A DNA stretch of 64,000 nucleotides. Origin: Thermoplasmatota archaeon. GTDB taxonomy: Archaea; Thermoplasmatota; Penumbrarchaeia; Penumbrarchaeales; Penumbrarchaeaceae. Positions 18,534 to 28,080 of this stretch are shown in pieces. The notes below the pieces were generated by a model, which worked only from the letters and a program-made list of their open reading frames with translations, was not told where the DNA came from and searched no databases. Numbering within the stretch: the first letter of the stretch is position 1; each line of letters starts with the position of its first letter. A program made the translations under genes and the position numbers. The stretch is from the NCBI GenBank assembly GCA_049472215.1, contig JBLIRH010000002.1, forward strand, positions 23,815 through 87,814, in the 5' to 3' direction.

Positions 18534-18905
18534 TTGGAACAAGAAAAGGATGAAGAGGTCATCATAAGTCTACCCGTTAAAAAAAGCAGCATCTCGTCGG
18601 TTGACGGGGGCATCGCCAGACTTCATACATCGCACATGGACATGTTCGAGGATGAGGAATCACACATGGTCATTGTCAGATACGGGAAGAAGGACAAGGT
18701 CGTTCGTCTTGTATCGGACAGGTTCGCACCAAAGAATGTCATCATACTCAGACAGGGAGACATGGAGGACCTTGAGGTCGACGAGGGAGACGCAGTGGAC
18801 ATCGAACCTTATCACAAGCTCAAGGACGAGCTGAAGGAGACATGGGAGAAGTTCGCCTCCAGGTTCAGAAAGAAGGATGAAGACGAAGAAGAAAAAGGTG
18901 ATTGA
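18534..18905 (+). CDS. Small beta-barrel protein (VAT-N/AbrB-like double-psi-barrel-like) with an acidic tail
   Basis: VDGGIARLHTSHMDMF...HMVIVRYGKKDKVVRLVSDRFAPKNVIILRQGDMEDLEVDEGDAVDIEPY resembles CDC48/VAT N-domain or swapped-hairpin barrels. The fold call is from memory only. TTG start. Confidence 0.5.
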   Translation: MEQEKDEEVIISLPVKKSSISSVDGGIARLHTSHMDMFEDEESHMVIVRYGKKDKVVRLVSDRFAPKNVIILRQGDMEDLEVDEGDAVDIEPYHKLKDELKETWEKFASRFRKKDEDEEEKGD

Positions 18906-19178
18906 ATGGGAATAGGACAGAGCTTACAGGCCATCTCAGTGACCCACCCGTTATCCATCAACAGGAAGATCGATCAGTACCTCAGCGAGAAGCTGCCCTT
19001 GTTGATGGACGAATACAAGATCGCGGACCGCAACGATGTTGCGGACCTCGACAAGGAATTCGAGGGATTCGAAACCCGGATGGAGGAGATGGACAGGTGG
19101 AAGAAGAACTTCGATGAAAGACTCAGATCCGGCCGGGCAAGGCTCGATCGGCTCAAGATGAAATACGGAGTGAAGTGA
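18906..19178 (+). CDS. Coiled-coil protein, paralog 1 (phasin/PhaE-like TRxD[VI] motif family)
   Basis: KIDQYLSEKLPLLMDEYKIADRNDVADLDKEFEGFETRMEEMDRW aligns by eye with the two downstream ORFs. The start lies right after the upstream TGA. Confidence 0.5.
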   Translation: MGIGQSLQAISVTHPLSINRKIDQYLSEKLPLLMDEYKIADRNDVADLDKEFEGFETRMEEMDRWKKNFDERLRSGRARLDRLKMKYGVK

Positions 19179-19179
19179 G

Positions 19180-19521
19180 GTGGTTGTGATGGGTTGGGAT
19201 TGGACGACTTTCTGGTACGTACTCGTGATAGGCTTGTTGTTGGTAGCCCTTGTCCTTGTCATCATCTGGTACTTCCAGCTTTCAAGGAAAAGGAAGAAGG
19301 GACCTTCGCATATCGAACTATATTTCGATGAGAACTTCCGGGGGATAATGAGCGAATGGGACTTCCTCACCAGGGACAAGGTGAAGGATTTCAAGAAGGA
19401 CATGCTCAAGAGGCTCGGCAAGGTGGGGGGCGATATCGACGGGCTTGAAAAGAAGAAGACCTCTCTTGACAAGAGAATGACCGTACTCGAGACCAAAATG
19501 AAGGACCTGGAGGGATTTTGA
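19180..19521 (+). CDS. Membrane-anchored coiled-coil protein, paralog 2
   Basis: N-terminal TM WTTFWYVLVIGLLLVALVLVIIWYF, then HIELYFDENFRGIMSEWDFLTRDKVKDFKKDMLKRLGKV...LEKKKTSLDKRMTVLETKMKDLE. Confidence 0.55.
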   Translation: MVVMGWDWTTFWYVLVIGLLLVALVLVIIWYFQLSRKRKKGPSHIELYFDENFRGIMSEWDFLTRDKVKDFKKDMLKRLGKVGGDIDGLEKKKTSLDKRMTVLETKMKDLEGF

Positions 19522-19530
19522 GGAGGTGAC

Positions 19531-19881
19531 ATGATGACGGAATATATCGAGGAAGAGCAGGAGAAGAAGGGGTTCTTCGAATGGTTCAGGTCCCTTTTCC
19601 GGGGTAAGGAGGAAGAGGAAGGGGAGGTCCAGGAAGCTCCGAAATACAAACGAAAGCTCCTGGACGGAAGGATCGAGAAGTACCTGGACCAGAACATGGA
19701 CGCCTACATCCAGGAGTACGGCATACTCACAGGCCTTGACATCGAATCCTACGAGATGAGATATACGAGTCTCACTTCAAAGATCTCGGGAATGAAGGAG
19801 TACATGATCGACGCTGACGCCCAGATATCGGCGATGGAAAAGGAACTGGCACAGGTCCAGACCGCATCTAAAAAGAAGTAG
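19531..19881 (+). CDS. Coiled-coil protein, paralog 3
   Basis: A strong SD (GGAGGTGA) lies immediately upstream. RIEKYLDQNMDAYIQEYGILTGLDIESYEMRYTSLTSKISGMKEYM shares the motif. Confidence 0.6.
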   Translation: MMTEYIEEEQEKKGFFEWFRSLFRGKEEEEGEVQEAPKYKRKLLDGRIEKYLDQNMDAYIQEYGILTGLDIESYEMRYTSLTSKISGMKEYMIDADAQISAMEKELAQVQTASKKK

Positions 19882-19893
19882 GAGTGGAACCGA

Positions 19894-20382
19894 ATGCTGG
19901 CAAAGCTGATAGAGGATTACAAGGTAGTGAACTCGGTCGGTAACCACGTTGGAAAGATCAAGGACATCTACATTGACCTCAACAAATGGATGATCGTTGG
20001 GTTCGAGATCTCACCGGGAGCCCTGAAGAAGGATTTCATGATAAAGGTAGAGGATGTCGTCAAGTTCGACGAGGGAGACAAGATAGTGATCGTTAACGAC
20101 GAGTTCGAGACCCTAGATGCCCCGGAACACCCGATGAGGGAGAGATATCCCTTCGACGAGCTGAAAAAACATCCGGTACTTGATTCCGATGGGGAGAAGG
20201 TGGGAAAGATCTACAACCTCGAGATACCCTTCGAGAAGCTCAGGACCTTCAAAGTATGGAAGGTTCTCATCAGGACAGGTATATCCGAGAGAAGGCTAAG
20301 ATTGAACCCTTCGGAGATCGTAGAGATAATGGACGATATCAAGCTGGCCAAGACCGAGGAAGAATATCAGGGTATCGAGTAG
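19894..20382 (+). CDS. Tandem PRC-barrel domain protein
   Basis: Two repeats of the PRC-barrel pattern: YKVVNSVGNHVGKIKDIYIDLNKWMIVGFEI and HPVLDSDGEKVGKIYNLEIPFEKLRTFKVWKVLI. Confidence 0.7.
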   Translation: MLAKLIEDYKVVNSVGNHVGKIKDIYIDLNKWMIVGFEISPGALKKDFMIKVEDVVKFDEGDKIVIVNDEFETLDAPEHPMRERYPFDELKKHPVLDSDGEKVGKIYNLEIPFEKLRTFKVWKVLIRTGISERRLRLNPSEIVEIMDDIKLAKTEEEYQGIE

Positions 20383-20474
20383 CCTCTCACGGGTCATACC
20401 GGTCCTTGGTATGGGACTTTAACTTCGGATACGTCCCGTTCAGTTCAAGGGCCCTAAAAATGCCTAGTACTGTG

Positions 20475-20486
20475 AAAAATATATAA
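20475..20486 (+). promoter_or_regulatory. TATA-box-like element (AAAAATATATAA)
   Basis: About 40 nt upstream of ATG 20529. GAGGTGA SD at 20516-20522 lies between the predicted TSS and the start. Confidence 0.4.
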
Positions 20487-20528
20487 CGAAGATACTTCAT
20501 CCACGGTCAAATCAAAGAGGTGAACCGG

Positions 20529-21128
20529 ATGCCAACCACGGAGAAGATGATAAAACAGGTGCTGGAACTCCGGGAGAAAGGACTATCCAGGGAAGATATC
20601 GCGAAGGAGCTTCACCTGTCAGAGGAGACCGTAGGATGGCTGCTCTCACGGGGAGAGGGATCGGAGAAACCACCTGCGGACATCTATATCGGATGGAGGT
20701 CCATGGGGGTATATTCTTCGAGGCTCACGCATATGGCCAGGATCTTCTCGGACATCATTCTCGAAGAGTGCGCTAAGCATGATATGGACGTCGATGCGAT
20801 AATGGGGGTCGCCATAAACGGCATTCCGCTGGCAACCACCATCGCCAACGAGATGGACGTCGAACTGGTACTCTTCAGGCCAAAACGGGGTGAGGATACC
20901 GGTGAGGCAGTTGGATCGATCCTTTCCAATTTCGCTGGTGTTAGGGATAAGAGGGTGGTTATAGTGGATGACGTCCTATCCACCGGATCCACGATGAAGA
21001 ACGCCATCGAGTTCCTCAAGGCAAATCAGGGAGAGCCTGCCCTCTGCCTCGCGATCGTGAACAAACAGAACTTCGACCAGATAGACGGGGTACCAGTAAG
21101 GGCCCTTATAAGGACGCATGTCGTTTGA
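20529..21128 (+). CDS. HTH + phosphoribosyltransferase-domain protein (PyrE-like regulator, GfcR/COG0856 type)
   Basis: N-terminal HTH-like VLELREKGLSREDIAKELHLSEETVGWLL. PRPP-binding loop VVIVDDVLSTGSTMKNAI. Confidence 0.7.
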   Translation: MPTTEKMIKQVLELREKGLSREDIAKELHLSEETVGWLLSRGEGSEKPPADIYIGWRSMGVYSSRLTHMARIFSDIILEECAKHDMDVDAIMGVAINGIPLATTIANEMDVELVLFRPKRGEDTGEAVGSILSNFAGVRDKRVVIVDDVLSTGSTMKNAIEFLKANQGEPALCLAIVNKQNFDQIDGVPVRALIRTHVV

Positions 21129-21149
21129 GGCCGTATCCTTGGTGATCGA

Positions 21150-22724
21150 ATGCACTGGGCTGACGTTATAGCTGGAAGGCTGAAGGATTCGGGCGGTCCC
21201 CACAGGATAGCTACGGGTATTACCCCTTCGGGACACATCCACGTGGGGAACATGAGGGAGATACTCACCGGAGACCTTGTCCATCGCGCCTCCAGGGAGC
21301 TTGGTGTGGATTCGACCTTGTATTACCTTGCTGATGATTTCGATCCTCTGAGGAAGGTCTATCCGTTCCTGCCCGATGAATACTCCGATCATATTGGAAA
21401 ACCCCTTTCGGAGATACCTTCCCCTGAGGGGGGCGGGAAGACCTATGCCCAGTATTTCCTGGAACCATTCCTGGAATCGGTCGAGGAGCTGGGGATCGAA
21501 CCGGTCGTGCTCCCCTCGAGCGAGTCATACAGGGAGGGAAAATACTCCCAGGCCATTGCGATCCTTCTCGATAAAAGAGAGGAGGCAAGGGAGATCCTGA
21601 ACAGGGTGTCCGGCAGGGACCTTCCCGATGACTGGTTCCCATACAACGCCAAATGTCCTTCCTGCGGAAGGATCAGCTCCACTCAGGCCTTTGAATGGTC
21701 AGCCCCATATGTCCTTTACAGATGCAGGTGCGGTCATGAGGGGAAAGCGGATACAAGGACGGATGACGGCAAGCTCCCCTGGAGGCTGGACTGGCCGGCA
21801 AGATGGTACTGGTTGGGAGTTACCTGCGAACCCTTCGGAAAGGACCATGCGGCATCCGGCGGCTCCTACGATACTTCCTCCGAGATCATCCGCAGGATCT
21901 TCGGAAGGGAGCCCCCGATACCTGTTGTATACGAATGGATACAGCTCAAGGGAAAGGGAGCCATGTCCTCATCGAGCGGGGTCGTCGTAAGCGGTGTGGA
22001 CATGCTTAGAATGACTCCCCCGGAGGTGCTCAGGTTCCTCATAGCAAGGAACCAGCCGGCAAGGCATATCGACATGGACCCCGGTCTCGGTATACTCAAC
22101 CTGGTGGACGAGTTCGACCGTTACGAGGAGAACTTCTACAAGGATGAGAGCGGGGACGATCCCGATGACATGAAGAGGACCTATATGCTCTCGATGGTGA
22201 GCGATGCCAAGGACAGGGAGCATATGGAGCATCTTGTGAACGTTCCCTACAGACACCTTGTAACGCTCACCCAGCTTTCAACGGACCTTGACCGGATGGT
22301 CGATATGATCAAGCGGTCCGAGGGGATCGAGGAGCTGTCGGGCGCATCGCTGGAAAGACTTATCCACAGGAAAGCATGCGTCGATTTCTGGCTGGAGCGG
22401 TTCGCACCGGAGGGGGTCAGGTTCGAGCTGTACGAAGAACCTCCGCTCGAGGAGATCGAGAAGCTGAACACAGAGATGAGGGCGGCCCTCGAGGGAATGT
22501 ATCAGGACTTCCAGGGCATCCCCTGGGACGGGGAGAACATCCATAATACGATATACGAGGGTTCGAGGGCAAGAGACATCGAACCCGGGACCACTTTCAA
22601 GGCCTTCTATAGGATACTCCTGGGCAGGGACAGGGGTCCAAGGCTTGGTTTCTTCCTTTCCACGATGGAAAAGGAGGAGGTCCTGAGGAAGCTCAAGATA
22701 GTCCTCGGTAAGAATGGGAATTGA
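21150..22724 (+). CDS. lysK: Class I lysyl-tRNA synthetase
   Basis: MHWADVIAGRL...TGITPSGHIHVGNMREI (HIGH-like) and KMSSS-like GKGAMSSSSGVVV. A zinc-ribbon CPSCGR...CRCGH is present. The 524-aa length is typical of archaeal LysK. Confidence 0.9.
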   Translation: MHWADVIAGRLKDSGGPHRIATGITPSGHIHVGNMREILTGDLVHRASRELGVDSTLYYLADDFDPLRKVYPFLPDEYSDHIGKPLSEIPSPEGGGKTYAQYFLEPFLESVEELGIEPVVLPSSESYREGKYSQAIAILLDKREEAREILNRVSGRDLPDDWFPYNAKCPSCGRISSTQAFEWSAPYVLYRCRCGHEGKADTRTDDGKLPWRLDWPARWYWLGVTCEPFGKDHAASGGSYDTSSEIIRRIFGREPPIPVVYEWIQLKGKGAMSSSSGVVVSGVDMLRMTPPEVLRFLIARNQPARHIDMDPGLGILNLVDEFDRYEENFYKDESGDDPDDMKRTYMLSMVSDAKDREHMEHLVNVPYRHLVTLTQLSTDLDRMVDMIKRSEGIEELSGASLERLIHRKACVDFWLERFAPEGVRFELYEEPPLEEIEKLNTEMRAALEGMYQDFQGIPWDGENIHNTIYEGSRARDIEPGTTFKAFYRILLGRDRGPRLGFFLSTMEKEEVLRKLKIVLGKNGN

Positions 22725-22833
22725 CCAAGCTGTTTAATTGATACTTGTTAATGCATTATTCATATGGTAGCCTCGTCGCCTTCGAACCATAGATATATGG
22801 CTTCGCCGATATTGGCACCAGCGAGGGAAGTTC

Positions 22834-23952
22834 ATGACAAGATACAGGATCGCGGAAATGCCTGGGGACGGCGTTGGTGTCGAGGTCGTAGAGGCTGCCA
22901 AGCTCGTTCTTGACGCCGTCGGCTTCAAGGCGGAATACAGGCTTGGGGACATCGGCTGGGAGTTCTGGAAGAGCGAGGGGAATGCTCTTCCGGATAGGAC
23001 CATCGAGCTTCTTAGGAACACTGACTGCGCGCTATTCGGCGCCATCACCTCCAAGCCAAAGGACGAGGCCGCAAAGGAACTGGACCCGACCCTCATTGAT
23101 AAGGGATATGTGTACTTCTCTCCCATAGTTGGCATGAGACAGCTGTTCCAACTCCATACCAATATGCGTCCCTGCAGGTCATACACCGGCAATCCGCTGA
23201 ACGTGAAGGACGGGATCGATCTTGTCGTGTTCAGGGAGAACACCGAAGGGCTCTATGCCGGGATCGAATGGTGGCCGGTCCCGGACGAGGTTAGGGAGAC
23301 CTTCCTAAGGCATCATAAGAAATGGGGTCCTTTTCAGGAGTTCCCTAGGGAGGACGTTGCTGTTTCCCTCAGGGTCATCTCGAGGAGAGGGGCCCGGAGG
23401 ATAATCAGGTCGGGATTCGAATACGCCAGGAAGTTCAAGAAGACCAGATTGACCCTGGCAGAGAAGCCGAACGTTCTTAGGGAGACCTCCGGCCTGATGA
23501 CGAAGGTTGCCAGGGAAATGGCATCCGAATACCCGGATGTCCCGATGGACGAGGCGAACATAGACGCCATGGCGATGTGGCTTGTCAAGGACCCGGAGAA
23601 GTACCAGGTCATAGTGGCCTCCAACCTCTTCGGGGACATCCTCTCCGACCTCGGCGGGGGGCTCGTCGGGGGGCTCGGATTTGCCGCTGCAGCCAACATC
23701 GGGGATGATTATGCCGTCTTCGAACCCACACACGGCTCCGCCCCGAAATACGCGGGGCAGGGGATCGTCAACCCCATCGCGATGATACTCGCATCAAAGC
23801 TCATGCTCGATCATCTCGGAGAGACCGAGATGGGATCCGTCATCGAAGGAGCTGTCTCGGAGGTCGTCAGGGAGGGCGTGGTGAGGACAAAGGACCTGGG
23901 GGGAACGAACTCCACCATGGAGATGGCAAAGGCCATAGCTTCCAAGGTATGA
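22834..23952 (+). CDS. Isocitrate/isopropylmalate dehydrogenase family protein
   Basis: IAEMPGDGVGVEV...LFGAITSKP...NLFGDILSDLGGGLVGGLGFAAAANIGDDYAVFEPTHGSAPKYAGQGIVNPIAMILA. Confidence 0.85.
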   Translation: MTRYRIAEMPGDGVGVEVVEAAKLVLDAVGFKAEYRLGDIGWEFWKSEGNALPDRTIELLRNTDCALFGAITSKPKDEAAKELDPTLIDKGYVYFSPIVGMRQLFQLHTNMRPCRSYTGNPLNVKDGIDLVVFRENTEGLYAGIEWWPVPDEVRETFLRHHKKWGPFQEFPREDVAVSLRVISRRGARRIIRSGFEYARKFKKTRLTLAEKPNVLRETSGLMTKVAREMASEYPDVPMDEANIDAMAMWLVKDPEKYQVIVASNLFGDILSDLGGGLVGGLGFAAAANIGDDYAVFEPTHGSAPKYAGQGIVNPIAMILASKLMLDHLGETEMGSVIEGAVSEVVREGVVRTKDLGGTNSTMEMAKAIASKV

Positions 23953-23964
23953 AGGGGAGGTCTA

Positions 23965-24663
23965 GTGACCAGGACCGCGGATATTAAAAAAGAGGTCAAG
24001 AAGACCTACAACGTCATCGCTCCCCATTTTGCCGCAACCAGGGAAAGGGTATGGCCTCCAACCCGAAGCATCATAAATGAACTCGCTCCATGCAGAATGG
24101 GCGACCTGGGCTGCGGGACCGGCCGGGCCCTGGTTGAAGCTGCAGAGCTTGGCTGTTCCGTAACGGGGATCGATAGTTCTACCGGTCAGCTGGAGATGGC
24201 AAGGAAATTCCTTGAGAGGTCCGGACATCTGGGTGATGCCATATTGATGGAGGGGGACCTTGAAGAACTCCCTCTGGACGACGGGGTCCTTGACCTCTGT
24301 CTGATGATCGCTGCCCTCCACCACCTGCCCGACCGGAAAGCGAGGATCAGGGCGCTCGAGGAAGCTTACAGGGTGACCGCGGACGGAGGGTCCCTTCAGG
24401 TCTCGGTATGGACATGGGACCAGGAGCGGTTTCGCGAGCAACATCTTTCGAGGATCGAAGGACGAAGGGAGCCCGACGAACATGACGGCCCCCTTTCCGG
24501 GGATTTCATGGTTCCATGGAAAAAAGGGGAGGAAGCCATCAGGTTCTATCATCTCTACGGACCTGGAGAGCTTGAAGAGGAGGTCTCATCCACGGGATGG
24601 ACGCTCCTGAGGAGCTTCTTCGACGGAAGGAACCACTGGGTGGAATGCCTCAAAGCCCCCTGA
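23965..24663 (+). CDS. Class I SAM-dependent methyltransferase (Trm9-like features)
   Basis: Motif I MGDLGCGTGRAL, then LCLMIAALHHL and IRFYHLY. GTG start after GGGGAGG. Confidence 0.7.
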   Translation: MTRTADIKKEVKKTYNVIAPHFAATRERVWPPTRSIINELAPCRMGDLGCGTGRALVEAAELGCSVTGIDSSTGQLEMARKFLERSGHLGDAILMEGDLEELPLDDGVLDLCLMIAALHHLPDRKARIRALEEAYRVTADGGSLQVSVWTWDQERFREQHLSRIEGRREPDEHDGPLSGDFMVPWKKGEEAIRFYHLYGPGELEEEVSSTGWTLLRSFFDGRNHWVECLKAP

Positions 24664-26833
24664 CGTTGCCGACATGACCCTCCGAGGCTCCGTCCTCCTC
24701 GAACTCTTCCGATGGCTTCTTCGGAGGTCTGTACCTGATCATGAAGAATGCGGCAACGCCCAGCACCACAAGCAGGAGGAGGATCACTATGAGGACGAAT
24801 ACCCCGGGTCCCGAACCCTTGTCTGTCTCTATGTCTATGTCGTCATCATCGTCGACCGGCTCCTGGGGATTCACCCTAAGTGTTCTCTCGGATGTTACGA
24901 TCTCCCTCCCGTCGATCTCGATCTCGAACCTGTAGGTATGGGTTCCCTTGTCGAGCTTCATGGTCCTTGTCAGGTTCATGCCGTCGATCGGGTCTCCGCT
25001 CTCGATATCGAGTGTGAACTCATCACCGTCCACCACGACCTTCTGGACGTCGGGACTTCTCCCCAGACCGTAGCGGAAATGGACGAAGAAGGTCACATCA
25101 TCCCCTTCAAAAGGTCCCTCGGGAATGTAACCGTCAAGGATGATCTGAGGATCGTAGACATCGGGACCCATCAATTCCCCGTTCCTGGGATACCGGAAGG
25201 TCGATCCGTCGATCTCTGCCAAGAAATAATAGCTGTGCGACCCTGAAGACATCATCGTCGAAGTCCTGAACTCCACTCCGGAGGAAGGATCGGTACCTTC
25301 GGTTGCCATACCATCGACCAGCTCCTCCCCGTCGTCCACGAACAGATAGACATCATCGGGCATCCTTCCCCGCGGGTCCTTCCAGTGAATGGTGAAAGTG
25401 AACAAAGTGTCGGTGTTCCCCTCCTCGAGGTCCAATGACGGGCCGTAGAGGACGGGATCCTCGGGAGAGGTGACCATCGGTCCGCTGTATTCTCCTGTCC
25501 CCGGAAGCCTCTGACCGTCAACCTCGAAATGATATGAATGGGATCCTTCAGCAAGAGTTCCAGACCAGGAATAGACCGCTCCGGACAGAATGTCCCCCGA
25601 TCCCTTCTCCATCGAGTTCCGGGACCCATCCACGAAAACGTTTACAACAGCAGGGACGTCCCCTTCAATGTCCCTGACAGTGATCCTGAATTCGAAAACC
25701 GTATCGATGTCCCCTCGTTCCGGATCGACCCCCCCCATGCTCAGCTCATGCGGATCGTCGACCGGGTTCACGATCACGGTTACCTCGGAGCTGACAGGAT
25801 CGTGCTGTCGGTCGGTAGCTGAGAGATTGAAGCTGAAGGTCCCATGCTCGTTCGCGGGAGGGACGATGACGATGCTGTCGCCGTCGATGTCCACCTCGAG
25901 GGGGGCGGTATCACTTGCGGAGTAGTCAAGTGCGTCACCGTCCGGATCGGTGAAGTAGAGGTTGGGGTCCAGGTCAGAATATACCTCGTCCTCGTCGATG
26001 GTGATGTCGGGGATCTCGGAAGCGACAGGGGGGCTGTTATCACCCGCGGTCTTCAGGACCAGCTCCTGGACCAGAACGTTACCTTCCCCGTAGGGGGCAT
26101 AGGTCTCCCACTTCACCCACCAGCCGACCGCGTCGGAATAGTAGAGGGTGGAGTTGTGAACGGTCTCCATCCCCTCCGTTTCCTTCATCTCCTTTACCAC
26201 GTAGACATCATGTATCGTGCCCCCCAAACTCAGGGTGGTCTGGTTGGAGCAGTACCTCCAGTGTACGTAGGTCTCGTCCGAGGTTCCCGAATCTATCGTC
26301 GATCCTCCCGATGTCAATGTCCATGAAGTTATGGACCTTACTTCATCGGTCCACGATGTCTGGGGGGCATCGGATCTCAGTGGGAACTTCACCCATCGGA
26401 AGTATGGGAGATCTATATCCGTCGAAGAGCTGTTCGTTCCGGAGATCCCGGATCCATCGACCACGCGGGTCAGCTCCCTCGTCGACCTGACCATCGAGAG
26501 GTCGTCCTGCTTGTAATACGCCTCCCATGTCCCGGATTCGTCTCCTGTGCCGTCCGGAGTGACGAACTCTCCCGTGATCGTGCCCGATACCTTGAAGATA
26601 TCCATCGAGTTCCATATGCCCGTGGCAACGCTCGCCGTCTGGACCCCGGTTCTGCTCGAGGTACCGTCCGGGCTCCATTCACTGTAGGACCATTCGAGAT
26701 AGGTCCCCTGCTGGAGCGAGGGGGCGTCTATCTTTCTGGACGGGGGTCCCGAAAAAACCATCGGTGATATCATGGTAAGCATGAACAGGGATACTGCTAG
26801 AAGCGCGAGGAGCCTCTTCCCCGACGGTTGCAT
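24650..26833 (-). CDS. Surface protein with signal peptide, cadherin-like segment, three copies of a ~95-aa beta-sandwich repeat, C-terminal TM
   Basis: Signal LLALLAVSLFMLTMISPMVFSG. Repeats end in GSHSYHFEVDG, GSHSYYFLAEIDG and GTHTYRFEIEIDG. An acidic run DDDDDIDIETD precedes the TM VFVLIVILLLLVVLGVAAFFMI. Confidence 0.75.
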   Translation of the reverse strand: MQPSGKRLLALLAVSLFMLTMISPMVFSGPPSRKIDAPSLQQGTYLEWSYSEWSPDGTSSRTGVQTASVATGIWNSMDIFKVSGTITGEFVTPDGTGDESGTWEAYYKQDDLSMVRSTRELTRVVDGSGISGTNSSSTDIDLPYFRWVKFPLRSDAPQTSWTDEVRSITSWTLTSGGSTIDSGTSDETYVHWRYCSNQTTLSLGGTIHDVYVVKEMKETEGMETVHNSTLYYSDAVGWWVKWETYAPYGEGNVLVQELVLKTAGDNSPPVASEIPDITIDEDEVYSDLDPNLYFTDPDGDALDYSASDTAPLEVDIDGDSIVIVPPANEHGTFSFNLSATDRQHDPVSSEVTVIVNPVDDPHELSMGGVDPERGDIDTVFEFRITVRDIEGDVPAVVNVFVDGSRNSMEKGSGDILSGAVYSWSGTLAEGSHSYHFEVDGQRLPGTGEYSGPMVTSPEDPVLYGPSLDLEEGNTDTLFTFTIHWKDPRGRMPDDVYLFVDDGEELVDGMATEGTDPSSGVEFRTSTMMSSGSHSYYFLAEIDGSTFRYPRNGELMGPDVYDPQIILDGYIPEGPFEGDDVTFFVHFRYGLGRSPDVQKVVVDGDEFTLDIESGDPIDGMNLTRTMKLDKGTHTYRFEIEIDGREIVTSERTLRVNPQEPVDDDDDIDIETDKGSGPGVFVLIVILLLLVVLGVAAFFMIRYRPPKKPSEEFEEDGASEGHVGNVRGL

Positions 26834-26927
26834 GCGGATGAAATCATTACAGATGATATTAACGCTTTCGGGCTGTAAGTGAAAGCATCGATGGATTTAA
26901 GGAGCGTTCCGCTTTTCGGAGGGACCG

Positions 26928-28073
26928 ATGAAAAAGCTCGGCTTCGTCGTGAACCCAATAGCAGGCATGGGCGGGAAGGTCGGTCTCAAAGGCACCGACG
27001 GCGTTGTCGAGGAAGCGATATCGATGGGAGCCGAACCTCGTGCGCCGGATCGGGCTCTGGAGGCCTTGATCAGGCTCCGGGAGGCGTTCACACGCCACCG
27101 TCTCAAGGAAGACATACTGTGGCTTACCGCTGGAAATGAAATGGGAGAGAACGAACTGGTCTCACTTGATGTGAACGAGTGGAACATCAGAAGGGTCCAC
27201 ACACCAAGCGACCACACGACAGCTGAGGATACAAGGGAATTCGTGAGAAAGGCGATCGAAGAGGGAGCCGAGCTCATTGTCTTCTGCGGAGGGGACGGAA
27301 CGGCAAGGGACGTGTTCGAAGCTGCGGGGAAGAACCCGATCTTCGGGATCCCCTCCGGTGTGAAGATGCATTCCGGGGTGTTTGCTATCGATCCGGTCAC
27401 TGCGGGGGAGCTTCTGGAGTTCTATATCCGGGGGGAGATGACCACGGGGGAAGGCGAGATCATGGACCTGGACGAGGAAAGGTACAGGAAGGGGGATTGG
27501 AACATCAGGTTGTACGGGATCGCCACGACGCTGTACGAGCCCGCTTTCATTCAGACGGGAAAGTTCATGATGGCCGAGCAGGAGGTCGCAACATTCCTCG
27601 AGGAGATCGCGGATGACATCGCGGAGCGGATGGAGGAAGAGCCCGGGTCCGTTTTCATACTGGGTCCTGGGGGGACCCTGGAATCAATAGGCGAGAGGAT
27701 CGGGATCGACAAGACCCTTCTGGGAGTAGATGTCGCCAGGGGGATCGAGCAGATAGGAAAGGACTGCGGAGAGAAGAAGCTGCTTTCTATCCTGGATGAT
27801 CTACCGGAAGGGACACCGGTCTATCTCGTCGTCTCCCCGATAGGTGGGCAGGGCTTCTTCCTTGGAAGGGGGAATCTTCAGGTCAGCCCCGAGATCATCC
27901 GGAGGATCGGTCTGAGGAACATAATTATCGTTTCCGTCCCACAGAAACTTGACATGACCGATGCCCTGAGGATCGATACGGGGGACCACCTGCTGGATAT
28001 GGAGATCAGAAAGGCAGGGAGCCTCAAGGTCCTCACAGGCTACAGGACATACAGACTTAAGAAAATTAAATAA
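26928..28073 (+). CDS. ATP-NAD kinase-like protein (COG3199 type)
   Basis: MKKLGFVVNPIAGMGGKVGLKGTDG...FCGGDGTARDV...IFGIPSGVKMHSGVF. GGAGGG SD lies 5 nt upstream. Confidence 0.65.
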   Translation: MKKLGFVVNPIAGMGGKVGLKGTDGVVEEAISMGAEPRAPDRALEALIRLREAFTRHRLKEDILWLTAGNEMGENELVSLDVNEWNIRRVHTPSDHTTAEDTREFVRKAIEEGAELIVFCGGDGTARDVFEAAGKNPIFGIPSGVKMHSGVFAIDPVTAGELLEFYIRGEMTTGEGEIMDLDEERYRKGDWNIRLYGIATTLYEPAFIQTGKFMMAEQEVATFLEEIADDIAERMEEEPGSVFILGPGGTLESIGERIGIDKTLLGVDVARGIEQIGKDCGEKKLLSILDDLPEGTPVYLVVSPIGGQGFFLGRGNLQVSPEIIRRIGLRNIIIVSVPQKLDMTDALRIDTGDHLLDMEIRKAGSLKVLTGYRTYRLKKIK

Positions 28074-28080
28074 AAAAAAA

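Noticed and set aside
20383-20470. A possible structured RNA or tRNA downstream of the PRC-barrel gene, with two hairpins (CATACC...GGTATG and GGGAC...GTCCC).
   Set aside because: There is no cloverleaf, no conserved T-loop or D-loop sequence, and the stems are short. It is more likely 3'-UTR or terminator structure.
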